Shown here in pieces: positions 16,636-24,719 of a DNA stretch of 32,000 nt. Source of the stretch: Kineococcus radiotolerans SRS30216 = ATCC BAA-149 (lineage in GTDB: Bacteria > Actinomycetota > Actinomycetes > Actinomycetales > Kineococcaceae); NCBI RefSeq assembly GCF_000017305.1, contig NC_009664.2, forward strand, positions 3,900,001-3,932,000, given 5' to 3'. Both the position numbers and the translations under genes were made by a program. The notes below the pieces were generated by a model. The model was given only the letters and a program-made list of their open reading frames with translations, was not told the DNA's origin and did no database searches. The stretch's first letter is position 1, and every line of letters begins with the position of its first letter.

Positions 16636-18168
16636 GTGCCGCCGGACGCGCAGGAGGACCTCGCCGCCCAGGACCTGCCCGAGCGCTCCCCGGGCACCCG
16701 GCGCTGGTTGTTCGCCGACCAGCTCGGCCCGCACTTCCTCGACGCCCCCGACCAGCCGGTGCTGCTGCTGGAGTCCACCGACGTGTTCCGCCGGGGCCGC
16801 TTCCACCGCCGCAAGGCGCACCTGATCCTCTCCGCCCTGCGCCACCGCGCCGCGGAGCTGGGTGAGCAGGCCGTGTTCGTGCAGGCCCCCACCTACCGCG
16901 AGGGTCTCGCCGCGTGCGGGGAGGCGGTCAGCGTCTGCGACCCGACCTCCTACCCGGCGCGGCGCTTCGTCCGCCGCCTGCCCGGGGTGGAGGTCCTGGC
17001 CTCGCGCGGGTTCGTGGTCTCCGAGCGCCAGTTCCGCGGCTGGGCGGAGCGCCGCGGCGGGAAGCGGCTGCTCATGGAGGACTTCTACCGCGACGTGCGC
17101 CGCTTCCACGGGCTGCTGATGGACGGCGCCGAACCGGTGGGGGGCACCTGGAACTACGACCACGAGAACCGCAGTGGTCCGCCCCGCCAGGAGAAGCTGG
17201 ACCTCGCCGAGCCCCGCTGGCCGGTGGAGGACGACATCGACGCCGAGGTCCGCGCCGACCTCGACCGGTGGGAGCGCGACGACGGGGTCGAGTTCACCGG
17301 CTCCGACGGCCCGCGGCGCTTCGCGGTCACCCGGCGCGAGGCGCTCGGCGTGCTGCGCCGGTTCCTCGACGAGCGGCTGGAGCAGTTCGGGACGTACGAG
17401 GACGCGATGCTCGCCGGGGACCCGTGGATGGCGCACTCGCTGCTGTCCGCCCCGCAGAACCTCGGTCTGCTGGACCCGCTGGAGATCGCCCGGCGGGCCG
17501 AGGAGCACGGCCGCGCGCACGGGGTGAGGCTGGCCTCGGTGGAGGGCTTCGTCCGCCAGGTCGTCGGCTGGCGCTCCTACACCTGGCACCTGTACTGGCA
17601 CCTGGGGGAGGGCTACAAGCAGCGCAACGCACTGGGCTCGGAGCGGACGATCCCGGACTGGTTCGGCGACCTCGACGCCGACGCCGTCGAGGCGAACTGC
17701 CTGCGCCACGTCCTGGGGCAGGTCCGCGACGAGGGGTGGACCCACCACATCCCCCGGCTGATGGTGCTGGGCAACTGGGGGCTGCAGCGCGGGTACCGCC
17801 CCGCGGAGCTCGCCGACTGGTTCTGGCGCAACTTCGTCGACGGCTACGACTGGGTCATGACCACCAACGTCGTGGGGATGTCCCAGCACGCCGACGGCGG
17901 GGTGCTGGCCACGAAGCCCTACGTCTCCGGCGGGGCCTACATCGACCGGATGAGCGACTTCTGCGGGGGCTGCCGCTACGACCCGAAGGTGCGGGTGGGG
18001 GAGGACGCCTGCCCGTTCACGGCCGGGTACTGGAACTTCCTCGCCGGCCACCGGGAGGAGCTGGAGGGCAACCGGCGCATGACCCAGGCGCTGCGGGGCC
18101 TGGACCGGCTGCGCGACCTCGACGGCGTGCTGCACCAGGAGGCCGAGAGGGGAGACGGTGCCCCGTGA
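16636..18168 (+). CDS. Cryptochrome/photolyase family protein of the Fe-S bacterial (FeS-BCP / (6-4) photolyase, PhrB/CryB-like) class
   Basis: COG3046-type N-terminus (RRWLFADQLGPHFLD...LLLES...FHRRKAHLILSALRH). A four-Cys pattern fits a 4Fe-4S cluster: ANCLRH (17698), FCGGC (17962, 17971) and DACPF (18010). Confidence 0.85.
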   Translation: MPPDAQEDLAAQDLPERSPGTRRWLFADQLGPHFLDAPDQPVLLLESTDVFRRGRFHRRKAHLILSALRHRAAELGEQAVFVQAPTYREGLAACGEAVSVCDPTSYPARRFVRRLPGVEVLASRGFVVSERQFRGWAERRGGKRLLMEDFYRDVRRFHGLLMDGAEPVGGTWNYDHENRSGPPRQEKLDLAEPRWPVEDDIDAEVRADLDRWERDDGVEFTGSDGPRRFAVTRREALGVLRRFLDERLEQFGTYEDAMLAGDPWMAHSLLSAPQNLGLLDPLEIARRAEEHGRAHGVRLASVEGFVRQVVGWRSYTWHLYWHLGEGYKQRNALGSERTIPDWFGDLDADAVEANCLRHVLGQVRDEGWTHHIPRLMVLGNWGLQRGYRPAELADWFWRNFVDGYDWVMTTNVVGMSQHADGGVLATKPYVSGGAYIDRMSDFCGGCRYDPKVRVGEDACPFTAGYWNFLAGHREELEGNRRMTQALRGLDRLRDLDGVLHQEAERGDGAP

Positions 18169-18572
18169 CCGATGTCCAGGGGGCGACGCGGCTGCTCGCG
18201 AGGTCCCCGTACGTGCTGCTGACGACGTTCGGCCGCGACGGCCGCCTCGTCCCCACCCCGGTGTGGGTGGCGCCCCTGGACGGGGGGCGGCTGGTGCTCG
18301 TCACCCAGGACACGACGGGGAAGGTGAAGCGGGTGCGGCGGGAACCGCGGGTGCTGCTCGCCCCGTGCAGCGTCCGGGGCCGGCCGCACGGACGGCCCGT
18401 GGACGCCACCGCCGAACTGCTGCCGGAGGCCGACGTCGCCGCCGCGGAACACGCCCTGACCGTGAAGTACGGCCTGCGGTTCCGGGCCTTCGACGCGGTC
18501 GAGGGCCTGCTGCAGCGGTCCGGGCGGGTGGCCGGGCGCCGGGTCGCGGTGGCCCTGACCGTCACCGGCTGA
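18165..18572 (+). CDS. PPOX-class (pyridoxamine 5'-phosphate oxidase fold), probable F420-dependent protein
   Basis: SPYVLLTTFGRDGRLVPTPVWVAPLDGGRLVLVTQDTTGKVKRVRREPRVLLAPC is typical of small actinobacterial PPOX/F420 split-barrel proteins. GTG 18165 overlaps the photolyase TGA. Confidence 0.65.
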   Translation: MTDVQGATRLLARSPYVLLTTFGRDGRLVPTPVWVAPLDGGRLVLVTQDTTGKVKRVRREPRVLLAPCSVRGRPHGRPVDATAELLPEADVAAAEHALTVKYGLRFRAFDAVEGLLQRSGRVAGRRVAVALTVTG

Positions 18573-18580
18573 GACCCGGC

Positions 18581-18600
18581 GCCGCCCCCGTGGGGGCGGC
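18581..18600. terminator. Perfect 9-bp GC stem between convergent genes (bidirectional terminator candidate)
   Basis: GCCGCCCCC-gt-GGGGGCGGC lies in the 30-nt gap between the PPOX stop (18572) and the SufE stop (18603). Confidence 0.5.
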
Positions 18601-18602
18601 CC

Positions 18603-19064
18603 TCAGGCGGCGGTCGCCACCCGGACCTGGCGCTTCACCCGGGCCAGCATCCCCGTCATGCCGCGCATGCGCAGCGGGCTCACGGCCTGCTCCAGGCCGA
18701 GCCGGTGGCACACGTCGGCCGGCAGGTCCAGCACGACGGCCGCGGGCAGCCCCTCCAGCCCCTCCTGCAGGACCCCGGCGAAACCGCGGGTCGTGGGGGC
18801 CTCCGGGGGTGCGGAGACGTGCAGGTGCACGGCCTGCGCGTCGTCGACCTCGACGGTGATGAACACCGGCGACTGGCACTCGTCGACGCGTTCCATCTTC
18901 TCCGGCTGCCCCTCGAACCGCGGCGGCAGCGGCCGCAGCCCCTGGCTGAACTCCAGCAGCAGCTGCAGCCGCTCGCGGTCGGGCAGGGCCTGGAAGTCCT
19001 CGACGATCTCGGCCATCGCCGGCGGCAGGCCCGCGGTGGGGTCGGCGCTGAGGTCGTCGGTCAC
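18603..19064 (-). CDS. SufE-like sulfur acceptor protein (SseC-like)
   Basis: [22 protein letters not shown]...[13 protein letters not shown] (SufE active-site Cys context). GTG 19064 overlaps the rhodanese TGA. Confidence 0.8.
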   Translation of the reverse strand: MTDDLSADPTAGLPPAMAEIVEDFQALPDRERLQLLLEFSQGLRPLPPRFEGQPEKMERVDECQSPVFITVEVDDAQAVHLHVSAPPEAPTTRGFAGVLQEGLEGLPAAVVLDLPADVCHRLGLEQAVSPLRMRGMTGMLARVKRQVRVATAA

Positions 19065-19966
19065 CGCAGCGACCCCTTCTCGGGCCCCTTGACGATCGGC
19101 GCGCGCACGGCGTTGCCCCACTCCGTCCAGGACCCGTCGTAGTTGCGGACCTGCTCGAAGCCCAGCAGCTGCGACAGCACGAACCAGGTGTGGCTGGAGC
19201 GCTCCCCGATGCGGCAGTAGGCGATCACGTCGTCGTCGGGGGAGAGGCCCTTCTCGTCCTGGTAGATCGCCTCCAGCTCGGCGCGGGGCTTGAACGTCCC
19301 GTCCTCGGCGGCGGCGCGCGCCCACGGCACGCTGTCCGCCCCGGGGATGTGACCGCCGCGCACGGTGCCCTCGTCGGGGTAGTCGGGCATGTGGGTGCGC
19401 TCGCCGGTGTACTCCTGCGGGGAGCGCACGTCGACGAGCTTGGGGTCCGGCCCGGCCAGGTGGGCGAGCACGTCCTCCTTGAACGCGCGGACCGCGGCGT
19501 CGCGGCGCTCGACGACGGGGTACTCGGTGACCGGGCGCTGCGGGGCCTCGGTGGTGGTCTCGCGGCCCTCGGCGATCCACTTGGCGCGCCCGCCGTCGAG
19601 GAGGCGGACGTCGGGGTGGCCGAAGAGGGTGAAGACCCACAGCGCGTAGGCGGCCCACCAGTTGTTCTTGTCGCCGTAGATGACGACGGTGTCCTCGCGG
19701 GAGATGCCCTTGGCGGCCATCAGCGCGGCGAAACCGGCGCCGTCGACGTAGTCGCGGGTCACGGGGTCGTTGAGCTCGGTGTGCCAGTCGACCTTCACCG
19801 AGCCCGGCACGTGACCGGTGTCCCAGAGCAGGACGTCCTCGTCGCTCTCGACCACCACGAGACCGGGCTCGCCCAGGTGCTGCGCGAGCCAGCCGGTCGT
19901 GACGAGCTTCTCGGGGTGGGCGTACGCGGCGAGCTTCTCGTCGGTGTCCCAGGGCAGCGTGCTCAC
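19061..19966 (-). CDS. Thiosulfate sulfurtransferase (tandem rhodanese; CysA/SseA-like)
   Basis: Two rhodanese domains with active-site loop [16 protein letters not shown] 19966 is 6 nt after GGAGGA. Confidence 0.9.
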   Translation of the reverse strand: MSTLPWDTDEKLAAYAHPEKLVTTGWLAQHLGEPGLVVVESDEDVLLWDTGHVPGSVKVDWHTELNDPVTRDYVDGAGFAALMAAKGISREDTVVIYGDKNNWWAAYALWVFTLFGHPDVRLLDGGRAKWIAEGRETTTEAPQRPVTEYPVVERRDAAVRAFKEDVLAHLAGPDPKLVDVRSPQEYTGERTHMPDYPDEGTVRGGHIPGADSVPWARAAAEDGTFKPRAELEAIYQDEKGLSPDDDVIAYCRIGERSSHTWFVLSQLLGFEQVRNYDGSWTEWGNAVRAPIVKGPEKGSLR

Positions 19967-20090
19967 GGTGCTTCCTCCAGCGGTCGTCGTGGGAGCAGCA
20001 ACACCACGCACCCCGTGGTCGTTCCCGCTGGTCGCGATCCTGCCAGACCCGCCCGGCGCGGATCCCCCTCCCTCACTACTGTGAGGCCCT

Positions 20091-21161
20091 GTGACCAGCC
20101 CTCAGACGCGCTCCGCCGGTGAACTGGACTCCCTGGCCGACCGCAACCCGCGGGTGCCCCCGCAGCAGCTGGTCGCCGAGCTGGTCCCCCCGCCGCGCTT
20201 CTCCGACGTGCGCTTCGCCAGCTACGTCCCCTCGCCCGAGCACCCCAGCCAGGCGCAGGCCGTCGCGGGCATGAGCGCGTTCGGGGGCAGGGTCCTCGAG
20301 GGCGGGGGCGCCCGGGGCGGGCTGGCGGGGCTGTTCAAGCGGCGGGCCGCCCCGGCGGGGGCGCCGGGGATCTACCTCGACGGCGGGTTCGGCGTCGGCA
20401 AGACGCACCTGCTGTCCTCGCTGTACCACCAGGTCGTCACCGAGGGGGGCCGCTCGGCGGCCTACGGCACCTTCGTGGAGTACACCAACCTCGTCGGCGC
20501 CCTCGGCTTCCTGCCCGCCGTCGACGCGCTGGCCCCGAACGCGCTGGTCTGCATCGACGAGTTCGAGCTCGACGACCCCGGCGACACCGTGCTGATGTCG
20601 CGGCTCATGCGCGAGCTCGTCGACCGCGGGGTGAAGCTCGCCGCGACCTCCAACACCCTCCCCGGCGCGCTGGGGGAGGGGCGCTTCGCCGCGCAGGACT
20701 TCCAGCGCGAGATCCAGGCCCTGGCCGGCCAGTTCGACGTGCAGCGCGTCGACGGGGAGGACTACCGCCACCGGGGTCTGCAGCCCGCTCCGGCCCCGCT
20801 GCCCGACGAGGAGGTGGAGCGCGTCGCGGCCGCCCGCGCGGGAGCCACCTTCGACGACTTCCCCGCCGTCCTGGCCCACCTGGCCGAGGTCCACCCCAGC
20901 CGCTACGGCGCGATGGTGGGGTCCACCACCGCCGTCTGCCTGCGCGGGGTGAGCACCGTGGCCGACCAGATGGTCGGGTTGCGCCTCGTCGTCCTCGCCG
21001 ACCGGCTCTACGACCGCGACATCCCCGTCGTCGCCTCCGGGGTGCCCTTCGACGCGGTGTTCACCGACGAGCTGCTGAACGGCGGGTACCGCAAGAAGTA
21101 CCTGCGCGCGGTGTCGCGGCTGTCAGCCCTGGCCCGCGAGGGCGCGGCGCTGCGCGGCTGA
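20091..21161 (+). CDS. zapE: Cell division protein ZapE / AFG1-family ATPase
   Basis: Walker [17 protein letters not shown] and Walker [15 protein letters not shown]. Length and N-terminal FASY motif fit the family. Confidence 0.85.
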   Translation: MTSPQTRSAGELDSLADRNPRVPPQQLVAELVPPPRFSDVRFASYVPSPEHPSQAQAVAGMSAFGGRVLEGGGARGGLAGLFKRRAAPAGAPGIYLDGGFGVGKTHLLSSLYHQVVTEGGRSAAYGTFVEYTNLVGALGFLPAVDALAPNALVCIDEFELDDPGDTVLMSRLMRELVDRGVKLAATSNTLPGALGEGRFAAQDFQREIQALAGQFDVQRVDGEDYRHRGLQPAPAPLPDEEVERVAAARAGATFDDFPAVLAHLAEVHPSRYGAMVGSTTAVCLRGVSTVADQMVGLRLVVLADRLYDRDIPVVASGVPFDAVFTDELLNGGYRKKYLRAVSRLSALAREGAALRG

Positions 21162-22220
21162 ACGGCGCCACCACACCAGCGCGCCGGCCCACACCAGCAG
21201 GAACAGCCCCGCCACCCCGTAGCCGACGTGCTCGGTGTCCAGCCCCGCGATCCACGTCGTCACCCCGTCGGCCAGGCCCAGCTCCTCGTGGGCCACCCCC
21301 ACGAGCTGGATCGTGCCGATGACCAGCGCCACCGCCACCGAGATGCCCGTCACCACCCCGTTGTAGGCCAGCCGCCGCAACGGGTTGGCCAGCGCCCAGT
21401 CGTAGGCCAGGTTCATGAAGGCCCCGTCCAGGGTGTCGAACAGGCTCATCCCCGCGGTGAACAGCACCGGCAGCACCAGCACCGCGTACCAGGGCAGGGT
21501 GACCGCCGCGGTGCCCGCCAGGACGAGCAGCGCCACCTCGGTGGCGGTGTCGAAACCCAGGCCCATGAGCAGCCCCGCCGGGTAGATCTGGCGGGGGGAG
21601 CGGATGCGCGCGGTGAAGCGGGCCAGCACCCGCGCCACCGCCCCCTCCAGCACCAGGCGCTGCTGCAGCGCCGCGTCGTCCAGCTCCCCGCGCCGGCGCA
21701 TCCGCGCCGTGCGCACGATCCCCAGCAGCGCGGCGAGGTTCACCAGCCCGATCACCCAGAGGAAGACCCCCGCCGCGCTGGTCCCGAAGACGCCCAGCGC
21801 GTCGTGCGCGGTGGTGCCCTCGGTCACCAGCCCCGAGGCGAACCGGGCCCCGGTCGCCACGACGAGGGCCATGGCGAAGACCACCGAGGAGTGCCCCAGG
21901 GAGAACCAGAACCCCACCGACAGCGGCCGCAGGCCGTCGCCGGTGAGCTTGCGGGTGGTGCCGTCGATGACGGCGATGTGGTCGGCGTCGAAGGCGTGCC
22001 GGACCCCGAAGACGTAGGCCGTCAGCCCCAGCCCCCACCCGAACACCTGCTCGCCGACGCTGAACTCGTGGGGGACGACGAAGAGGCCCAGCACGCCCCA
22101 GCCCACCACGTGCAGCGCCGCGACGACCCCCAGCAACCGCAGCAGGCGACGGGTGTCGGCTCGGTCCCAGGCGCGTCCCGCGGCACGGGACGGCTCGGAC
22201 AGGACGGACCCGGTGGTCAT
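21123..22220 (-). CDS. HoxN/HupN/NixA-family nickel/cobalt permease (NiCoT)
   Basis: NiCoT signatures RHAFDADHIAVIDGTTRK and FWFSLGHSSVVF, with about 8 TM segments. ATG 22220 is 5 nt after GAGGAG. Confidence 0.9.
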   Translation of the reverse strand: MTTGSVLSEPSRAAGRAWDRADTRRLLRLLGVVAALHVVGWGVLGLFVVPHEFSVGEQVFGWGLGLTAYVFGVRHAFDADHIAVIDGTTRKLTGDGLRPLSVGFWFSLGHSSVVFAMALVVATGARFASGLVTEGTTAHDALGVFGTSAAGVFLWVIGLVNLAALLGIVRTARMRRRGELDDAALQQRLVLEGAVARVLARFTARIRSPRQIYPAGLLMGLGFDTATEVALLVLAGTAAVTLPWYAVLVLPVLFTAGMSLFDTLDGAFMNLAYDWALANPLRRLAYNGVVTGISVAVALVIGTIQLVGVAHEELGLADGVTTWIAGLDTEHVGYGVAGLFLLVWAGALVWWRRSAAQRRALAGQG

Positions 22221-22230
22221 GGTGGCTCCT

Positions 22231-22259
22231 CGCTTGTTGCAAGTCACTGGCAACAAGCG
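22231..22259 (-). promoter_or_regulatory. Perfect 10-bp inverted repeat operator candidate in the NiCoT 5' region
   Basis: CGCTTGTTGC-N9-GCAACAAGCG. Its core TTGCAA-N5-TGGCAA (22237-22253) resembles my recollection of the Nur-box (TTGCAA-N5-TTGCAA). The repeat is locally AT-rich and lies 11-39 nt upstream of the ATG. Confidence 0.5.
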
Positions 22260-22288
22260 GGGAGCCTACCGGGGCCGCGGGACCGGGC

Positions 22289-22939
22289 TCAGTCCCACTC
22301 GGTGGGCAGCGCGGGGTCGCGGTGGTGGGCCAGCAGCCGCTCCAGCTCCCAGCGGCTGATCCGCTGCCGCGACAGCTCCGGCAGCTCGTCGAGGCCGAAC
22401 CACCCCACGTCGAGGGTCTCCAGCTCCTCGGGCCGGCCGCGCTCACCCACCACCCGGCACAGGAAGTACAGGTGGAACACGCTCACCGGCATGGGCGGCT
22501 GCTTGCCGCGGGCGTCGCGCTCCCACACCCCCACCACCTTGACCACCTCGACGGGGTAGCCGGTCTCCTCCCGCACCTCCCGCACCGCCGCCTCCGCGGG
22601 CCGGTCGCCGGGATCGACCCACCCGCCCGGCAGCGACCACGCCCCGTCGCTGCGCTCGCGGAGCAGGAGGAAGCGCTCCCGCCCGTCCAGCACCCCGGCC
22701 CGGACGTCGACCTTGGGGGTGGCGTAGCCCACGTCGGTGTCCAGCACGGCCCGCAGGACCTCGCGCGGGGACGTCGAGACGGCGGCGAGCAGGTCCGCGG
22801 CCAGCTCGGTGAGCTCGCGGTAGCGGGCGGCGTCGTAGTCCTTCGTCGCGTCGCCCACCGCGTAGGTCAGGCCGTCCTGGGCCAGGGCGGCGATGCGGAC
22901 GGCCGCCCGCCGCACCCGGTCCACGGGGTCGCCGCTCAC
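22289..22939 (-). CDS. NUDIX hydrolase with N-terminal Nudix_N helical domain
   Basis: Nudix box GGWVDPGDRPAEAAVREVREETGY. N-terminal IAALAQDGLTYAVGDATKDYDAARYRELTELAADLLA. GTG 22939 overlaps the treZ TGA. Confidence 0.88.
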   Translation of the reverse strand: MSGDPVDRVRRAAVRIAALAQDGLTYAVGDATKDYDAARYRELTELAADLLAAVSTSPREVLRAVLDTDVGYATPKVDVRAGVLDGRERFLLLRERSDGAWSLPGGWVDPGDRPAEAAVREVREETGYPVEVVKVVGVWERDARGKQPPMPVSVFHLYFLCRVVGERGRPEELETLDVGWFGLDELPELSRQRISRWELERLLAHHRDPALPTEWD

Positions 22940-24681
22940 GCCCCGGCGACCCGCACCACCACCACGGCGTCCCCCGCGGTGCGCACGCCCTCACCCAGCA
23001 GCTCCGCGGCCGGTCCGTCGCCGAACTGCGCGACCACCTCCACCGGCGCCCCCTCCACGTCGACGTCGGCGCCGCCGCCCAGGGTCACCACGACGCGGTG
23101 GTCCCCGCGGTGCAGCACCAGGGCGTTGCCCGCGACGTCCACGCGGACCTCGCGCAGGTCCGCGTCGGCGAAGGCGGGGACGGTGCGCCGCAGCGACGTC
23201 AACGTCCGGTACCAGTCCAGCACCCGGGCGTGCTCGGGGGCGGACACCTCCTCCCACCGCAGCACCGAGGCGTCCTTGGTCGCCGGGTCCTGCGGGTCCG
23301 GCACGTCCTCGGCGTCCCAGCCGTGCTGGCCGAACTCCGAGCGCCGGCCGGTGCTGACGGCCTTCCCCAGCTCCGGGTCGGGGAAGGAGGTGAAGAACTG
23401 CCACTTCGTCGAGGCGTTCCACTCCTCGCCCATGAACACCATGGGCGTGAAGGGGCCCAGCAGGTACAGCGCCGCACCCGCCGCCTGGGCGGTGGGGGAG
23501 AGCAGGTGGCCGATGCGGTCCCCGACCGCGCGGTTGCCGACCTGGTCGTGGGTCTGCAGGTACCCCAGGAACGCCGTCCCGGGGACCTTCGAGCGGTCGA
23601 CCCGCTTGCCCCAGACCTCCCCGCGGAAGGTGGAGAACCGCTCGGCGTGGAAGAACGCCTCCTCGAAGGTCGTCTTCACGACCTCGGCGTCGCCGAAGTC
23701 GGCGTAGTAGCCCTGTCGCTCCCCCGTGAGCCACGCGTGCAGCGCGTGGTGCACGTCGTCGTCCCACTGCGCGGTCATCCCGCGCCCGCCCTCGGCGGTG
23801 GGGGTCACCATGGCCGCGTCGTTGAGGTCGGACTCCGCCACCAGCGACAGCGGCCGTCCCAGCTCCCGCGACAGCGCCGCGGTCTCGTCGGCCAGCTGGG
23901 CCAGGACGTGCACCTCGGAGTCGTCGACCAGGGCGTGCACCGCGTCCAGGCGCAGCGCGTCGACGTGGAAGTCGCGGAACCAGCGCAGGGCGTTGTCGAC
24001 GATCCAGCGCCGCACCTCCACCGAGCCGGCGTCGTCGAGGTTCACCGCCGCGCCCCAGGGGGTGTCGTGCTTGTCGGTGAAGTACGGCCCGAACTCGCCC
24101 AGGTAGTTGCCGCTGGGACCGAGGTGGTTGTAGACGCAGTCCAGCGCGACGGCCAGGCCCCGGGCGTGGCAGGCGTCGACGAACGCGGCGAGACCCTCCG
24201 GGCCGCCGTACTCGTGCTGCACGGCGTAGGGCGCGACGCCGTCGTAGCCCCAGTTCCACGGGCCGTCCCACGCCGACACCGGGAGCACCTCCACGACGTC
24301 CACGCCGAGGTCGACGAGGTGGTCCAGCTTCCCCGCCGCCGCGGCGAAGGTGCCCTCGGGGGTGAAGGTCCCCACGTGCAGCTCGTAGAACACCGCACCG
24401 CGCGCGTCGCGCCCGGCCCACTCCCCGTCGGTCCAGGAGAACGTCGACGGGTCGACGACGGCGCTCGCCGCGTGAACCCCCTCGGGCTGCCACCCGCTGC
24501 GGGGGTCCGGCCGGGGATCGCCGCCGTCGACCGCGAAGGCGTAGCGGGTCCCGTGCGAACCCTCGGCCTCCGCCGTCCACCACCCCTCGCGCGGGGAACC
24601 GGTGCGCCGCATGGGCACCGGCTCCCCGTCCAGGACCAGATCAACCTGCTGCGCCTGCGGCGCCCACACCCCGAACTCCAT
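22936..24681 (-). CDS. treZ: Malto-oligosyltrehalose trehalohydrolase
   Basis: MEFGVWAPQAQQV..., YELHVGTFTPEGTF, GYDGVAPYAV, LDCVYNHLGPSGNY and VDALRLDAVHAL (GH13 TreZ motifs). Start is ATG 24681. Confidence 0.93.
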   Translation of the reverse strand: MEFGVWAPQAQQVDLVLDGEPVPMRRTGSPREGWWTAEAEGSHGTRYAFAVDGGDPRPDPRSGWQPEGVHAASAVVDPSTFSWTDGEWAGRDARGAVFYELHVGTFTPEGTFAAAAGKLDHLVDLGVDVVEVLPVSAWDGPWNWGYDGVAPYAVQHEYGGPEGLAAFVDACHARGLAVALDCVYNHLGPSGNYLGEFGPYFTDKHDTPWGAAVNLDDAGSVEVRRWIVDNALRWFRDFHVDALRLDAVHALVDDSEVHVLAQLADETAALSRELGRPLSLVAESDLNDAAMVTPTAEGGRGMTAQWDDDVHHALHAWLTGERQGYYADFGDAEVVKTTFEEAFFHAERFSTFRGEVWGKRVDRSKVPGTAFLGYLQTHDQVGNRAVGDRIGHLLSPTAQAAGAALYLLGPFTPMVFMGEEWNASTKWQFFTSFPDPELGKAVSTGRRSEFGQHGWDAEDVPDPQDPATKDASVLRWEEVSAPEHARVLDWYRTLTSLRRTVPAFADADLREVRVDVAGNALVLHRGDHRVVVTLGGGADVDVEGAPVEVVAQFGDGPAAELLGEGVRTAGDAVVVVRVAGA

Positions 24682-24719
24682 GAGCACAGAGTGTCGGAGG
24701 TGCGCCGCGCGTGCGACTT

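Noticed and set aside
15757-18135. Upstream 790 codons of the 960-aa minus-strand ORF
   Set aside because: This part is antisense to the MBL hydrolase and photolyase genes, which carry strong motifs. Only the last 167 codons (15253-15756) show a proper GC3 pattern with no competing gene.
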